43,965 nucleotides of DNA, taken from a virus. Taxonomy: Duplodnaviria > Caudoviricetes. The stretch lies in the IMG/VR virus record IMGVR_UViG_3300017784_007369, positions 1-43,965 of that record, one strand, 5' to 3'. Below, one piece after another: positions 20,231-29,393 of the stretch. Within the stretch, counting starts at the first letter, position 1. Each line of letters opens with the position of its first letter. A model generated the notes under the pieces. It had not been told where the DNA came from and did not search any database. It saw only the letters and a program-made list of their open reading frames with translations. The position numbers and the translations under genes were made by a program.

Positions 20231-21439
20231 ATGAGTTCTGCTGTAAAATCAATAAGATCTTCAGATGTAAGTACCGTTCCCTATAGAGTAAATAAACAAT
20301 TTACTTTTGAAAGTAGTTCATTTTCACAAAATGGAATTATTGGTTATTTAGGATATCTTGAAACAGGATCTGCACTAGACCAATTAGATGAATATCAGCT
20401 GATATATTACTCTATAAGGCAGTTATACTATGGAGGAGAAATTACAAGCTCTATACTAATAGATAATACAAGCGGATCACACTATAATAACTACCAGCAA
20501 TCTACAGCTGCGTCAGGAACGTTTGAATACGAAATAAAAAACTTTCCAACAGAAAATAGATCTGAAATAAGAGCGTTATCAATCCCGCAATCATTATACG
20601 GTGAAAAATTAAAGCCAAGTACTTTTATATTACAGGACATTACAGGCAGCTATTATATAGTAGATGATAGTAATGGTAACTTATTCGATATTATAAGCTT
20701 ACCTAATCCATATGTTGTTAACGGTAAAATTCAATCAAATTATTTTGAAAATGTAAATATTAATGCGCTACCGAAAGTAGGAAATGTATTTTACGCACAC
20801 GGTATTGCTGTTATCACAAACCAAAATTATTTAAACATATTTCCAAAAGATTGTACTCTAACCGGAGGATCCGCCTGTGTTGTTATTATTCCAACTACAA
20901 CCACAACTACAACTGCAGCACCAACTACAACAACTACAACTGCAGCACCAACTACAACAACTACGTTGACTCCAACCGTTACACCTACGGCTACACCAAC
21001 AACTACGTTGACTCCAACAACTACGTTGACTCCAACCGTTACTCCAACAACTACGTTGACTCCAACCGTTACTCCAACAACTACGTTGACTCCAACCGTT
21101 ACTCCAACAGCTACACCTACGGTTACACCGACTACAACCACAACTACAACCTGTGCTTCAAATTGTGAATTATATGATATATTCATTTCATCAACCGACC
21201 TTAACGCATCATATAATAATACTGTTATTGTTGATTATAAAACCTGTTTCGGTGATGGTGGTTCAAGTGCTACAGGAAGTATTTTATATTATGTTTCTGG
21301 AACATATGTTAATGCTATATGTGTTCAAGCATTTGCTTTAGAACCTCTTGTAGATATATACTATTATTTCCCATCAGGATCTAAAGTTACTGCTGCAAAT
21401 TCATCCTTTAACAATACAGCAATAGATTGTTGTTATTAA
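20231..21439 (+). CDS. Structural protein with Thr/Pro mucin-like linker and Cys-rich C-terminal domain
   Basis: N-terminal part resembles ORF 19174 (VGNVFYAHGIAVIT vs YGLYLPDVGLIVVN), then a PT/TT repeat, then a Cys-containing tail. Confidence 0.65.
   Translation: MSSAVKSIRSSDVSTVPYRVNKQFTFESSSFSQNGIIGYLGYLETGSALDQLDEYQLIYYSIRQLYYGGEITSSILIDNTSGSHYNNYQQSTAASGTFEYEIKNFPTENRSEIRALSIPQSLYGEKLKPSTFILQDITGSYYIVDDSNGNLFDIISLPNPYVVNGKIQSNYFENVNINALPKVGNVFYAHGIAVITNQNYLNIFPKDCTLTGGSACVVIIPTTTTTTTAAPTTTTTTAAPTTTTTLTPTVTPTATPTTTLTPTTTLTPTVTPTTTLTPTVTPTTTLTPTVTPTATPTVTPTTTTTTTCASNCELYDIFISSTDLNASYNNTVIVDYKTCFGDGGSSATGSILYYVSGTYVNAICVQAFALEPLVDIYYYFPSGSKVTAANSSFNNTAIDCCY
20891..21151 (+). repeat. Coding tandem repeat (PTTTLTPTVT / PTTTTTTAA units)
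   Basis: 30-bp unit ccaacaactacgttgactccaaccgttact occurs about 3 times near-perfectly, plus 27-bp ccaactacaac(c/a)(a)..actgcagca units. Confidence 0.9.
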
Positions 21440-21470
21440 TTTAATAATACAAAAACACAATAAATAAAAT

Positions 21471-21755
21471 ATGTCATATACTCTATCATTTAAATCAGAA
21501 ACAACACTATACGAGGTTCAAGTAAGATGTCATATAAATGAAAACGAATTTAATTTAACACAAAACCCTTCAGCAGTTTCAGGCTCATCAGGATCATTAT
21601 ATAATTTTGTTACAGGCTCTGATTTTGATCCATACGTAACTTCAGTCGGGCTGTATAGCCCAGCCAATGAATTATTAGTAGTAGGAAAACTAGCTCAACC
21701 GTTCAGAATGCCTTCTAATACAGACGTTACATTTATAATAAGATACGATAGTTAA
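21471..21755 (+). CDS. Small structural protein, paralogous to the C-terminus of ORF 19174
   Basis: FNLTQNPS...YVTSVGLYSPANELLVVGKLAQP vs YNYSTNPS...YITTVGLYNDNNDLLAVAKLSKP. Confidence 0.7.
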   Translation: MSYTLSFKSETTLYEVQVRCHINENEFNLTQNPSAVSGSSGSLYNFVTGSDFDPYVTSVGLYSPANELLVVGKLAQPFRMPSNTDVTFIIRYDS

Positions 21756-22210
21756 TGAATAATTGGTTACATAAAAGCTCATTAGGTCACACCTTTGAAT
21801 ATAAAGAAATAGAAGATTTCCAGCAAGAATATATTGGATTTGTATATAAAATAACTAATATTATTACTAACAAAATATATATAGGAAAAAAATCATTATA
21901 TTCCAATATAAACAAAAAACTTACTAAAAAAGAACTAGGAGAGTACACAGGTCCAGGTAGAAAGCCAACTAAAAAGCTAGTAACATCCGAAAGTAATTGG
22001 AAAAAATATTACGGATCATCAAAAGAATTACTACAAGATATCAAAGATATAGGTGAAAATAAATTCACTAGAGAGGTATTACATCTATGTAAAAGTAAAA
22101 AGCAATTAACCTATTATGAGATACATTATCAAGTAATTCACAATGTATTAGAATTAGATTCATATAACGATAACATACTAGGAAAATTCTATAGAAAAGA
22201 TTTAGTTTGA
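21755..22210 (+). CDS. GIY-YIG nuclease-family protein (Seg-like)
   Basis: GFVYKITNIITNKIYIGKK...YYGSS...FTREVL...YNDNI. Confidence 0.8.
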   Translation: MNNWLHKSSLGHTFEYKEIEDFQQEYIGFVYKITNIITNKIYIGKKSLYSNINKKLTKKELGEYTGPGRKPTKKLVTSESNWKKYYGSSKELLQDIKDIGENKFTREVLHLCKSKKQLTYYEIHYQVIHNVLELDSYNDNILGKFYRKDLV

Positions 22211-22236
22211 TATCTGAAAAATAATAGCTATATTTA
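22206..22236 (+). promoter_or_regulatory. Putative Bacteroidota-type promoter TTTG-N19-TATATTTA
   Basis: Lies directly upstream of the primase ATG at 22241. Confidence 0.55.
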
Positions 22237-22240
22237 GTTT

Positions 22241-23191
22241 ATGAATAATACCATGGTTTTATTAGGACTAGTTGAAAGCGTACTAAATAAAGGAAAGCAT
22301 ACATCTAGGGGAAATTATGCATTTCATTGCCCATTCTGTCATCATCATAAACCTAAACTAGAAATAAATTTAGAACCTAACAGTAAAGGAGAAAATACAT
22401 GGCATTGCTGGACATGTGATAATAAAGGTAAAACAGTATTCTCTCTCTTTAAAAGACTGGATGTCTCTAAAGATAAACTAGATCAGTTAAAGTCACATGT
22501 AAAATATATTCCCGCCGGGAGAGAAGGGGATACAAAGGAAGAATTTAAGGTAGAATTACCCAAAGAATTTAAATCATTAGTAAATCCAGCAGGTAATTCC
22601 GTAACATTAAGACAAGCTTTAAAATATACTAGAAATAGAAATATTTCAAATAATGAAATTATAAAATATAATATAGGATATTGCAGCTCAGGTAAGTATA
22701 ATAATTCAATAATAATACCATCATACGATAAAAACGGTAATATAAATTACTTTATATCTAGATCTTTTGAATTAGATCCTGCACGTAAATATAATGCTCC
22801 TAGATGTAATAAAAATGAAATAATAGGTTTAGAGTATTTTATTAATTGGAATACTCCAATAATATTATGTGAAGGAATATTTGATGCAATAGCTATTAGG
22901 CGTAATGCAATACCACTATTCGGTAAAACAATATCTCAAGCATTAATGATGAAATTAGTAGAAAATAACGTTAAAACAATTTATATAGCATTAGATAATG
23001 ACGCTTTAAAAGATGCATTAAAGCACTGTGAGAAGTTAATAAATCTAGGCAAACAAGTATATCTGATACAATTAGACGATAAAGACCCATCAGATATAGG
23101 TTTTCAACAATTCACAAAATTATTACACACCTCAACTCAATTAACCTTTAGTGATTTATTCGCTAAAAAGGTAGAACTAACTTATGGATAA
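22241..23191 (+). CDS. DNA primase (Zn-binding domain plus TOPRIM)
   Basis: CPFC...WHCWTC zinc ribbon; LCEGIFDAIA and IALDNDA TOPRIM motifs; KDPS. Confidence 0.9.
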   Translation: MNNTMVLLGLVESVLNKGKHTSRGNYAFHCPFCHHHKPKLEINLEPNSKGENTWHCWTCDNKGKTVFSLFKRLDVSKDKLDQLKSHVKYIPAGREGDTKEEFKVELPKEFKSLVNPAGNSVTLRQALKYTRNRNISNNEIIKYNIGYCSSGKYNNSIIIPSYDKNGNINYFISRSFELDPARKYNAPRCNKNEIIGLEYFINWNTPIILCEGIFDAIAIRRNAIPLFGKTISQALMMKLVENNVKTIYIALDNDALKDALKHCEKLINLGKQVYLIQLDDKDPSDIGFQQFTKLLHTSTQLTFSDLFAKKVELTYG

Positions 23192-23987
23192 TGAAATTCA
23201 ATTAGCAAAAGATTCAAATATATTATTAGATCCAAAAATAAAAAGACTAGTAGAATATAGTGAAGACTCTAAGCAGATTAATATATTAGACACCAGATTT
23301 TATAAAAGGAACGATAAATACTATCCTTCCGTAACGTCAGTATTAAACTATTTTCCTAAAAATCAATATTTTTATGGATGGTTAAAAGACGTAGGGCATA
23401 ACGCAGAAATTATAGCTAATAAAGCTGCAAGCGAAGGTACGGCAGTACATAAGGCAGCTGAAAAACTATTAAAAGGTGAAACTATTAATTGGATAGATGA
23501 TAGAGGAAATGTTATATATAATCTACTAACATGGAAAATGATATTAAGATTTGCTGATTTCTGGAACATGTATAAGCCAGAATTAATAGCAATAGAATAC
23601 CATCTATTCTCTGATGAACACGAGTACGCAGGTACAGGAGATATTGTATGTAGATTTGAAGACAAAGTATGGCTACTTGATATTAAAACTTCTAATTATT
23701 TACATACCAGCTATGATTTACAGCTAGCAGCATACGCCAATGCTTGGAATGAAACTCATAATGAACCGATAACAGAAACAGGAATTATATGGTTAAAAGC
23801 ACATACTAGAGGGGTTGATGGTCAAGGAAAGAAAATGCAAGGTAAAGGTTGGCAAATAAAACATGTTAGTGATATCGAAAGAAATTTTGAAATGTTTAAA
23901 AAAATATATGAAATATATAAATTAGAGAATCCGAATATGAAACCTCATAGTGAGATATTACCCACTACGATTAAATTAACGCAATAA
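23184..23987 (+). CDS. PD-(D/E)XK exonuclease
   Basis: YPSVTSVL...GTAVH...YAGTGD...LLDIKTS...QLAAYA. Confidence 0.85.
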   Translation: MDNEIQLAKDSNILLDPKIKRLVEYSEDSKQINILDTRFYKRNDKYYPSVTSVLNYFPKNQYFYGWLKDVGHNAEIIANKAASEGTAVHKAAEKLLKGETINWIDDRGNVIYNLLTWKMILRFADFWNMYKPELIAIEYHLFSDEHEYAGTGDIVCRFEDKVWLLDIKTSNYLHTSYDLQLAAYANAWNETHNEPITETGIIWLKAHTRGVDGQGKKMQGKGWQIKHVSDIERNFEMFKKIYEIYKLENPNMKPHSEILPTTIKLTQ

Positions 23988-23991
23988 ATGT

Positions 23992-24000
23992 ATATTTATT
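23992..24000 (+). promoter_or_regulatory. Putative late promoter ATATTTATT
   Basis: Heads the nucleotidyltransferase operon. Confidence 0.55.
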
Positions 24001-24013
24001 ATAAAGTATTAAC

Positions 24014-24976
24014 ATGATCAAATTAAACAGCATACTTAAGCAAATGATCCTAGAAGGAGGAAATATTTTCGGTGATACTTCACCTATTAAAAAAGAAAAT
24101 ATTGATCCTACTTTAAATGTATTTGCAACTGAATTATCAAATATGTTTCCTAAAAAAGTTGCATCTTTTAGAAAATTTGAAACACTAGGATCAGTAGGCA
24201 AAAAACCAGTATCTGGAGATATAGATCTAGCATATGATATTGAAAACCTAATGCCAGGAGGGAAACCCGATCTAGTAGGATGGGGAATAGATCCATATGA
24301 GTTTAAACAATCAGTAGAAAAAATACAAAAAAGAGCTAGAACAGCTACCCTGGAACAATCCCAGCTAAGAGCTATGGTTGAATTTATAGGTAATAAAATT
24401 AATGAACAATCAGATATAATTCAAACAGATATAAAAAAATCTGGCGCTGGATCTTTATTTTGCAAAGTAATCCAATACGATATTGTAGGAGACGAAACCA
24501 ATAAAACAGTACAAGTTGACATAAATATAGGTGATCCTAAATGGCTAAGATTTAGCTACTATTCAGCTACGTACAAAGGTAACGTAAAAGGCCTTCATAG
24601 AACACAGTTACTTGTTGCACTATTTACTCATAAAGATAAAATGTTTAAACATGCACAAGGAGTATTCAATAAAGATACTAGAGAATTAGAGGCAAAAACA
24701 CCAGAAGAAACATTAGAATTACTTAATAAATTATATGGTATCAGATTAGATCAAAATACTTTAGACGATTATTTTAAATTAATGGATGTTCTTAAAAAGA
24801 ATCTAACAGACGAAGATCTACACGGTATATACGATATATATCTTAAAATCCTAGACTCTACCAGAGCAGATATACCAGAAGATCTACAGCAATACTGGAT
24901 TCAAAATAAAGAAAGATTAGGACTAAAAGGTAAATTTTTACCAGATGATTCAAAACTAAAACAATATATTCAATAA
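24014..24976 (+). CDS. Pol-beta superfamily nucleotidyltransferase with MIKL..IL..E leader
   Basis: LGSVGKKPVSGDIDL (GS...DxD) plus VQVD third carboxylate. Confidence 0.7.
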   Translation: MIKLNSILKQMILEGGNIFGDTSPIKKENIDPTLNVFATELSNMFPKKVASFRKFETLGSVGKKPVSGDIDLAYDIENLMPGGKPDLVGWGIDPYEFKQSVEKIQKRARTATLEQSQLRAMVEFIGNKINEQSDIIQTDIKKSGAGSLFCKVIQYDIVGDETNKTVQVDINIGDPKWLRFSYYSATYKGNVKGLHRTQLLVALFTHKDKMFKHAQGVFNKDTRELEAKTPEETLELLNKLYGIRLDQNTLDDYFKLMDVLKKNLTDEDLHGIYDIYLKILDSTRADIPEDLQQYWIQNKERLGLKGKFLPDDSKLKQYIQ

Positions 24977-27015
24977 TGTCAGGTTCAGCAGGAGGTAATA
25001 GAGTAACAAGGCAAGCAGTTGAAAAAACTGTTAACACCTATATTGAAAAAGTATTAAAGAAATTTAAAGCTTTTAAAGATGCAAAGATTTCCGGATCATA
25101 TAACACCGGAACTAAAGAAGATTTTGGCGATATAGATCTTATAGTAACTTTTGAAGGAGACGATAAGAAAGCGTTAAAGAAAGAATTAGTAGATTTTTTT
25201 AATACTATTCCTGATGATACGATAGTTCCTTTTAAAAGTGAAAAGTATAAAGGTAAAAAATCACTTTCTACTGGAGAAATCGTAACTGTTTTATATCCTA
25301 TAGAAGGAACAGAGGATCAATTCGTTCAAATAGATAATATGGTATCATTATCTGACGAAGAGTCTACTTTTAAAAAATCTTTCCTAGATTATCCTGCTGA
25401 AATTCAAGGATTATTATTAGGACTAGTAAAAATAGTTTTATTAGAAGAGAATCCACAAGAGATATTTAAAAGACTAGGTATTAAAAATTTACCTAAATTA
25501 GAGCAAGGTCAAGAATATGAATTTAACCTATCTAGTGCAGGTCTAACTTTACGCAAAGTAACACTTACTCCAGAGTTTAGAGAAACAGCTAGAGAAGATA
25601 TGTGGAAAAGTTCCAATTGGGAAGATGTTAAAAAACTACTAAAAAATTACAATATAGATAGTGACTTTGAAGAACTACTTAACATTATAGTTAAAAACAC
25701 TAAAAATCAACGTTCAAAAAACCGTATAAAAGGTATATTTAAGTCAATGATAACAGTAAAATCAGGAGAAGTAAATACACCTAAAGGAGATAAAAAGACC
25801 CAATCAATAAAGAAAGTAGAAGATTTACTAGAATTTATGAACGGGATAGGTACAATTATTGCAGAAGATATAGTATATCAACCAGGAATATGTTTTTATC
25901 CAGGAGGATTTAAACCACCTCACAAAGGCCACTTTGAAGCAGCTAAGGATCTAGCATCTAGGAACTATATAACTCAAGTAAACGTCATTATAAGTCCTAA
26001 AGAAAGAGACGGAATAACTGCAAAGGAAAGTTTACAAATATGGAAATACTATTTACAAGCAGAACCTAATCCTAAAATTGCAGTTAAAGTAGCTGAATCA
26101 GTATCACCTATTAAAGACATATATGATTTTATTGCACTTCACCCTGAATTAGACCCAGTATATGTAGCAGGAGGTAAAGATGAAGTAGATGATCTAGGAT
26201 ATTTTAAATCGCTTACAAAAGCATTTGGAGAAAGAGTAATACCAATACCTATTGAAGAGAAATTTGGTAGAATATCAGCCTCTTATACAAGAAATCAATT
26301 AAGAGCAGGTGATATTGAAGCATTTAAGCAAACCCTTCCAGATTCAGTTATACAGAAAGGTTTTTTTGATGATATATTTAAGCTATTATCACCTATTATT
26401 AAAGAAAACTTTGAAATTAACTTATCAACTAATGAAAATAGTACTATAAAGAAGTATTTAGAAGAATTTGCAGAATACTGCTATGATGTTCTAGATATTA
26501 ATAATAGACCATTAATAAAAGTTATAACAGACGATTCATATACAGCACAATATAATAGCTTTGGAGGGTATTCCCCTTCAGAAAATCTAATATACATCTC
26601 AGTAAATAAAAGAAATCTAGCAGATATATTAAGAAGCCTATGTCATGAAATAGTTCATTCAAGGCAAAACGAAATTAATATATTAACTCAAGAAGACGGT
26701 GATACTGGCTCCGATATTGAAAATCAAGCTAACTCAATATCAGGTGTTATAATGAGACATTACGGTCAACTAAAACCAGAGATATTTAAACTAAGTCAGG
26801 TTTTAAGTGAAGGAATGACAAAAGTTAAAACAGTACAAAGTATTGTTAAAAAGCACCATATTAAAAATGAAAATTCATTAATGGATGAGTTAAAGAAAGG
26901 TATAGAAGTAGAAAAGGAACATACAACAAATAAAAAAGAGGCAGTTAAGATAGCTTTAGATCACCTATATGAAGATCCTAAATACTACACTAAGCTATCA
27001 TCACTAAATTTATAA
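24976..27015 (+). CDS. Multidomain protein: Pol-beta NTase + HIGH-type (cytidylyltransferase-like) NTase + HEXXH zincin-like domain + C-terminal DPxYY module
   Basis: SGSYNTGTKEDFGDIDL/VQID; YPGGFKPPHKGH...ISASYTR; CHEIVHSRQ...ENQAN; KGIEVEKEH...IALDHLYEDPKYYTKL. Confidence 0.7.
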   Translation: MSGSAGGNRVTRQAVEKTVNTYIEKVLKKFKAFKDAKISGSYNTGTKEDFGDIDLIVTFEGDDKKALKKELVDFFNTIPDDTIVPFKSEKYKGKKSLSTGEIVTVLYPIEGTEDQFVQIDNMVSLSDEESTFKKSFLDYPAEIQGLLLGLVKIVLLEENPQEIFKRLGIKNLPKLEQGQEYEFNLSSAGLTLRKVTLTPEFRETAREDMWKSSNWEDVKKLLKNYNIDSDFEELLNIIVKNTKNQRSKNRIKGIFKSMITVKSGEVNTPKGDKKTQSIKKVEDLLEFMNGIGTIIAEDIVYQPGICFYPGGFKPPHKGHFEAAKDLASRNYITQVNVIISPKERDGITAKESLQIWKYYLQAEPNPKIAVKVAESVSPIKDIYDFIALHPELDPVYVAGGKDEVDDLGYFKSLTKAFGERVIPIPIEEKFGRISASYTRNQLRAGDIEAFKQTLPDSVIQKGFFDDIFKLLSPIIKENFEINLSTNENSTIKKYLEEFAEYCYDVLDINNRPLIKVITDDSYTAQYNSFGGYSPSENLIYISVNKRNLADILRSLCHEIVHSRQNEINILTQEDGDTGSDIENQANSISGVIMRHYGQLKPEIFKLSQVLSEGMTKVKTVQSIVKKHHIKNENSLMDELKKGIEVEKEHTTNKKEAVKIALDHLYEDPKYYTKLSSLNL

Positions 27016-27017
27016 AC

Positions 27018-27593
27018 ATGAGTAATTCAGGTGAGCTAAAAAAAGAATTTGCACAAAAAGATGTGCAAAGAATGAGAAATATAATAACAGGTAGAACAGG
27101 AGAAAGAACATCTGTTCAATCTGGTTATGAAAAACAAAAGGCATATTATAAAGAAGGAGATGTTTGGGAAGAAAATAACAAGCAATGGACTGTAAAAGAC
27201 GGGATTAAGCAGTCTGTTACTAAATTTGATAAATTAAAAAAATTAGTCGTATTACCATACTCATGTCCTGAATGTAATAAGCACATGTCTGCAACAGAAT
27301 TAAACAAAAAAATGTATAGTATACATAATATGTGCTTTGATTGCGTGATAAACATGGAAACAAAATTAAAAATTGAAGGCAAATATATGGAATATCAAAA
27401 ATCCTTATTAAATGCCAATAAAAACGATATATTAATAGACCTTGAACAAGTATTAGATAACTGGATCAATGAATCAGATTCATTTATATCAGAAGACGGT
27501 GTAGTAGAATCATGGTCTAAAGGTAAAGGTAATGAAGAATTTTACAGAATTAGTAAGGAAAATATTAAAAAACTAAAAGAGAAAGAAATATAG
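27018..27593 (+). CDS. Hypothetical zinc-finger protein
   Basis: CPEC...CFDC. Confidence 0.6.
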   Translation: MSNSGELKKEFAQKDVQRMRNIITGRTGERTSVQSGYEKQKAYYKEGDVWEENNKQWTVKDGIKQSVTKFDKLKKLVVLPYSCPECNKHMSATELNKKMYSIHNMCFDCVINMETKLKIEGKYMEYQKSLLNANKNDILIDLEQVLDNWINESDSFISEDGVVESWSKGKGNEEFYRISKENIKKLKEKEI

Positions 27594-27602
27594 ATATTTA
27601 TT
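27594..27602 (+). promoter_or_regulatory. Putative late promoter ATATTTATT
   Basis: Heads the 27.6-34.8 kb operon. Confidence 0.55.
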
Positions 27603-27621
27603 AATAAAAAATACTTTTATT

Positions 27622-28269
27622 ATGCCTGCAAAAAGTAAAGCACAACAAAAATTCATGGGTATGGTTCATGCATCACAAAAAGGTGAAATGAAACCTAAAG
27701 GTGCAGTATCAAAAGCTGCTAAATCTATGACTAAAAAATCAGCAACTGATTTTGCCTCAACTAAACATAAAGGACTACCTGAAAAATTAAAAGAAGGTGT
27801 AGGAAAAGGAGAACCAATTTTCTTTTATTACGTTTTAGAACCAGAAGATCATACATCTAAAATATCAGACCTAGTACATGGATTACATGTAATTCAGTTC
27901 GGAAAACAAATGGGTGAAGGTAAATTTGAAAATGACAAAGGAATAGTCGGTAAAATTTATGGTTATTACATGGATGAAGAAGAAGCTAAAGAGTCTGCTA
28001 AGGAATTAGTTAAAGGTCTTCATGAAGCTGCATCTACATTAGAGATAAAAAAACATGAAGTATCTACAGCTCTACAAAAAAAGATCGATGAGTTACAGAA
28101 AAAAGCAGAAGAACATCTAAGATTAGCTAAAAAAGAACCTGAAAATGGTGAAAGGCATCATGATGAAGCTCAAGCAGTTTTGGCTAGAATTAAAGTATTA
28201 AGAAAAAAGCATAAAATGGTAGAGGGATCTAAAAAAGAAATTATACCATTAGAAGAAACTGAAAAATAA
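27622..28269 (+). CDS. Hypothetical protein with basic N-terminal module MPAKSKAQQKF...KHKGLP (DUF3008-like)
   Basis: Basic N-terminal module ending at LKE, followed by an unrelated helical domain. Confidence 0.55.
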   Translation: MPAKSKAQQKFMGMVHASQKGEMKPKGAVSKAAKSMTKKSATDFASTKHKGLPEKLKEGVGKGEPIFFYYVLEPEDHTSKISDLVHGLHVIQFGKQMGEGKFENDKGIVGKIYGYYMDEEEAKESAKELVKGLHEAASTLEIKKHEVSTALQKKIDELQKKAEEHLRLAKKEPENGERHHDEAQAVLARIKVLRKKHKMVEGSKKEIIPLEETEK

Positions 28270-28631
28270 TGGAACCAATTAATCAATTAGTATCAACCTT
28301 ATTTGCCTCTAGAACGCAAGCACATATATTTCATTTACAAACTAGATCATTTGCTCAGCATAAGGCATTACAGAAATATTATGATAGTATTATCGATATC
28401 GTAGATGGGCTTATCGAATCATATCAAGGAAAATATGGTATTATTAGAGGATATACATCACCTGCAGTATTCAGAGAGGATGACGATACAGTAAAATACT
28501 TTGAAGGATTAGTTAAATTTGTAGAATTAAATAGAGAAAGATTACCTCAAGATAGTTATTTACAAAATCAAGTAGATGAAATAGTATCTTTGATTGAAGC
28601 TACATTATATAAATTAAAAAATCTTGCATAA
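28269..28631 (+). CDS. Ferritin/Dps-like four-helix protein
   Basis: HIFHLQT.SFAQHKAL..YYD......D.LIESYQG pattern of phage ferritin-like proteins. Confidence 0.65.
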   Translation: MEPINQLVSTLFASRTQAHIFHLQTRSFAQHKALQKYYDSIIDIVDGLIESYQGKYGIIRGYTSPAVFREDDDTVKYFEGLVKFVELNRERLPQDSYLQNQVDEIVSLIEATLYKLKNLA

Positions 28632-28634
28632 TAT

Positions 28635-29393
28635 ATGGAAAAGATTAATGAAGCAAAAAGCACTTGCTGCGGTAAATGCGGACATAAGCATGTAAAAGGT
28701 ACTTCATGTCCTAAACCGTTTTTAACTGGTAAACGTCATTGCAGAAATCGTAAAAATGAAGATATAATACAAGGATCATTAATTGAATTACTAGATGATG
28801 AATGCTGCTCAAGACAAACCCTGTCTGAAGGACCTAAACTAATTACTGAATTATTAATATCAGAAGGTCTTAAGTATCATATAGAAAATAACATTCCTTT
28901 AAGAGAAAATACATACAGACCATTATCTAATAATTATTTTCAATTATTTAATGAAGCAAGATCTTTATTTACCCAGGGTATACTGGAAGTAAACGAAGAA
29001 GATGCTGAATTATTAGAATCTAATATCGGAGAATTCGGAATATATAATGGAATAAAGGTCCCATTAGATTATGTTTTTGATATAGATGAATTAATCAATG
29101 AAATAAAGCATAGAGGTAAGAATGTACAATTAAATAAACCTAAAAGAGGCGGTATTAAAAAGTTTTATGTATATGTAAAAGACCCTAAATCTAAAAATAT
29201 TAAAAAAGTATCATTTGGAGGTACTACAGGGCTAAATGCAAAAATAAATAATCCTGAAGCAAGGCGAGCTTTTGCCGCCAGGCATAAATGTGCTCAAAAG
29301 AAAGATAAAACTAAACCAGGATATTGGGCATGTAGATTACCTCGCTATGCTAAATTATTAGGAATGAACACTACATTTGGAGGGTTCTGGTAA
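28635..29393 (+). CDS. Modular hypothetical protein (Cys/His N-terminus, acidic middle, basic C-terminal domain)
   Basis: CCGKCGHKH; C-terminal KFYVYVK..K..IKKVSFG...RRAFAARHKC...GYWAC; INE/LSE/ISE sites at module borders. Confidence 0.6.
   Translation: MEKINEAKSTCCGKCGHKHVKGTSCPKPFLTGKRHCRNRKNEDIIQGSLIELLDDECCSRQTLSEGPKLITELLISEGLKYHIENNIPLRENTYRPLSNNYFQLFNEARSLFTQGILEVNEEDAELLESNIGEFGIYNGIKVPLDYVFDIDELINEIKHRGKNVQLNKPKRGGIKKFYVYVKDPKSKNIKKVSFGGTTGLNAKINNPEARRAFAARHKCAQKKDKTKPGYWACRLPRYAKLLGMNTTFGGFW

Noticed and set aside
20891-21151. Repeat considered as a CRISPR array or DGR template
   Set aside because: No unique spacers, the units are in-frame coding sequence, and there is no reverse transcriptase or cas operon in the window
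20851-21341. Alternative-frame ORFs 20851-21168 (YNNY/DSN repeats) and 21153-21341
   Set aside because: By-products of the tandem repeat and out-of-frame reading inside ORF 20231
23184-23987. Cas4-like exonuclease as evidence of CRISPR-Cas
   Set aside because: Lacks the Cas4 Fe-S cysteine pattern and is coupled to the primase, so it is an ordinary phage PD-(D/E)XK exonuclease
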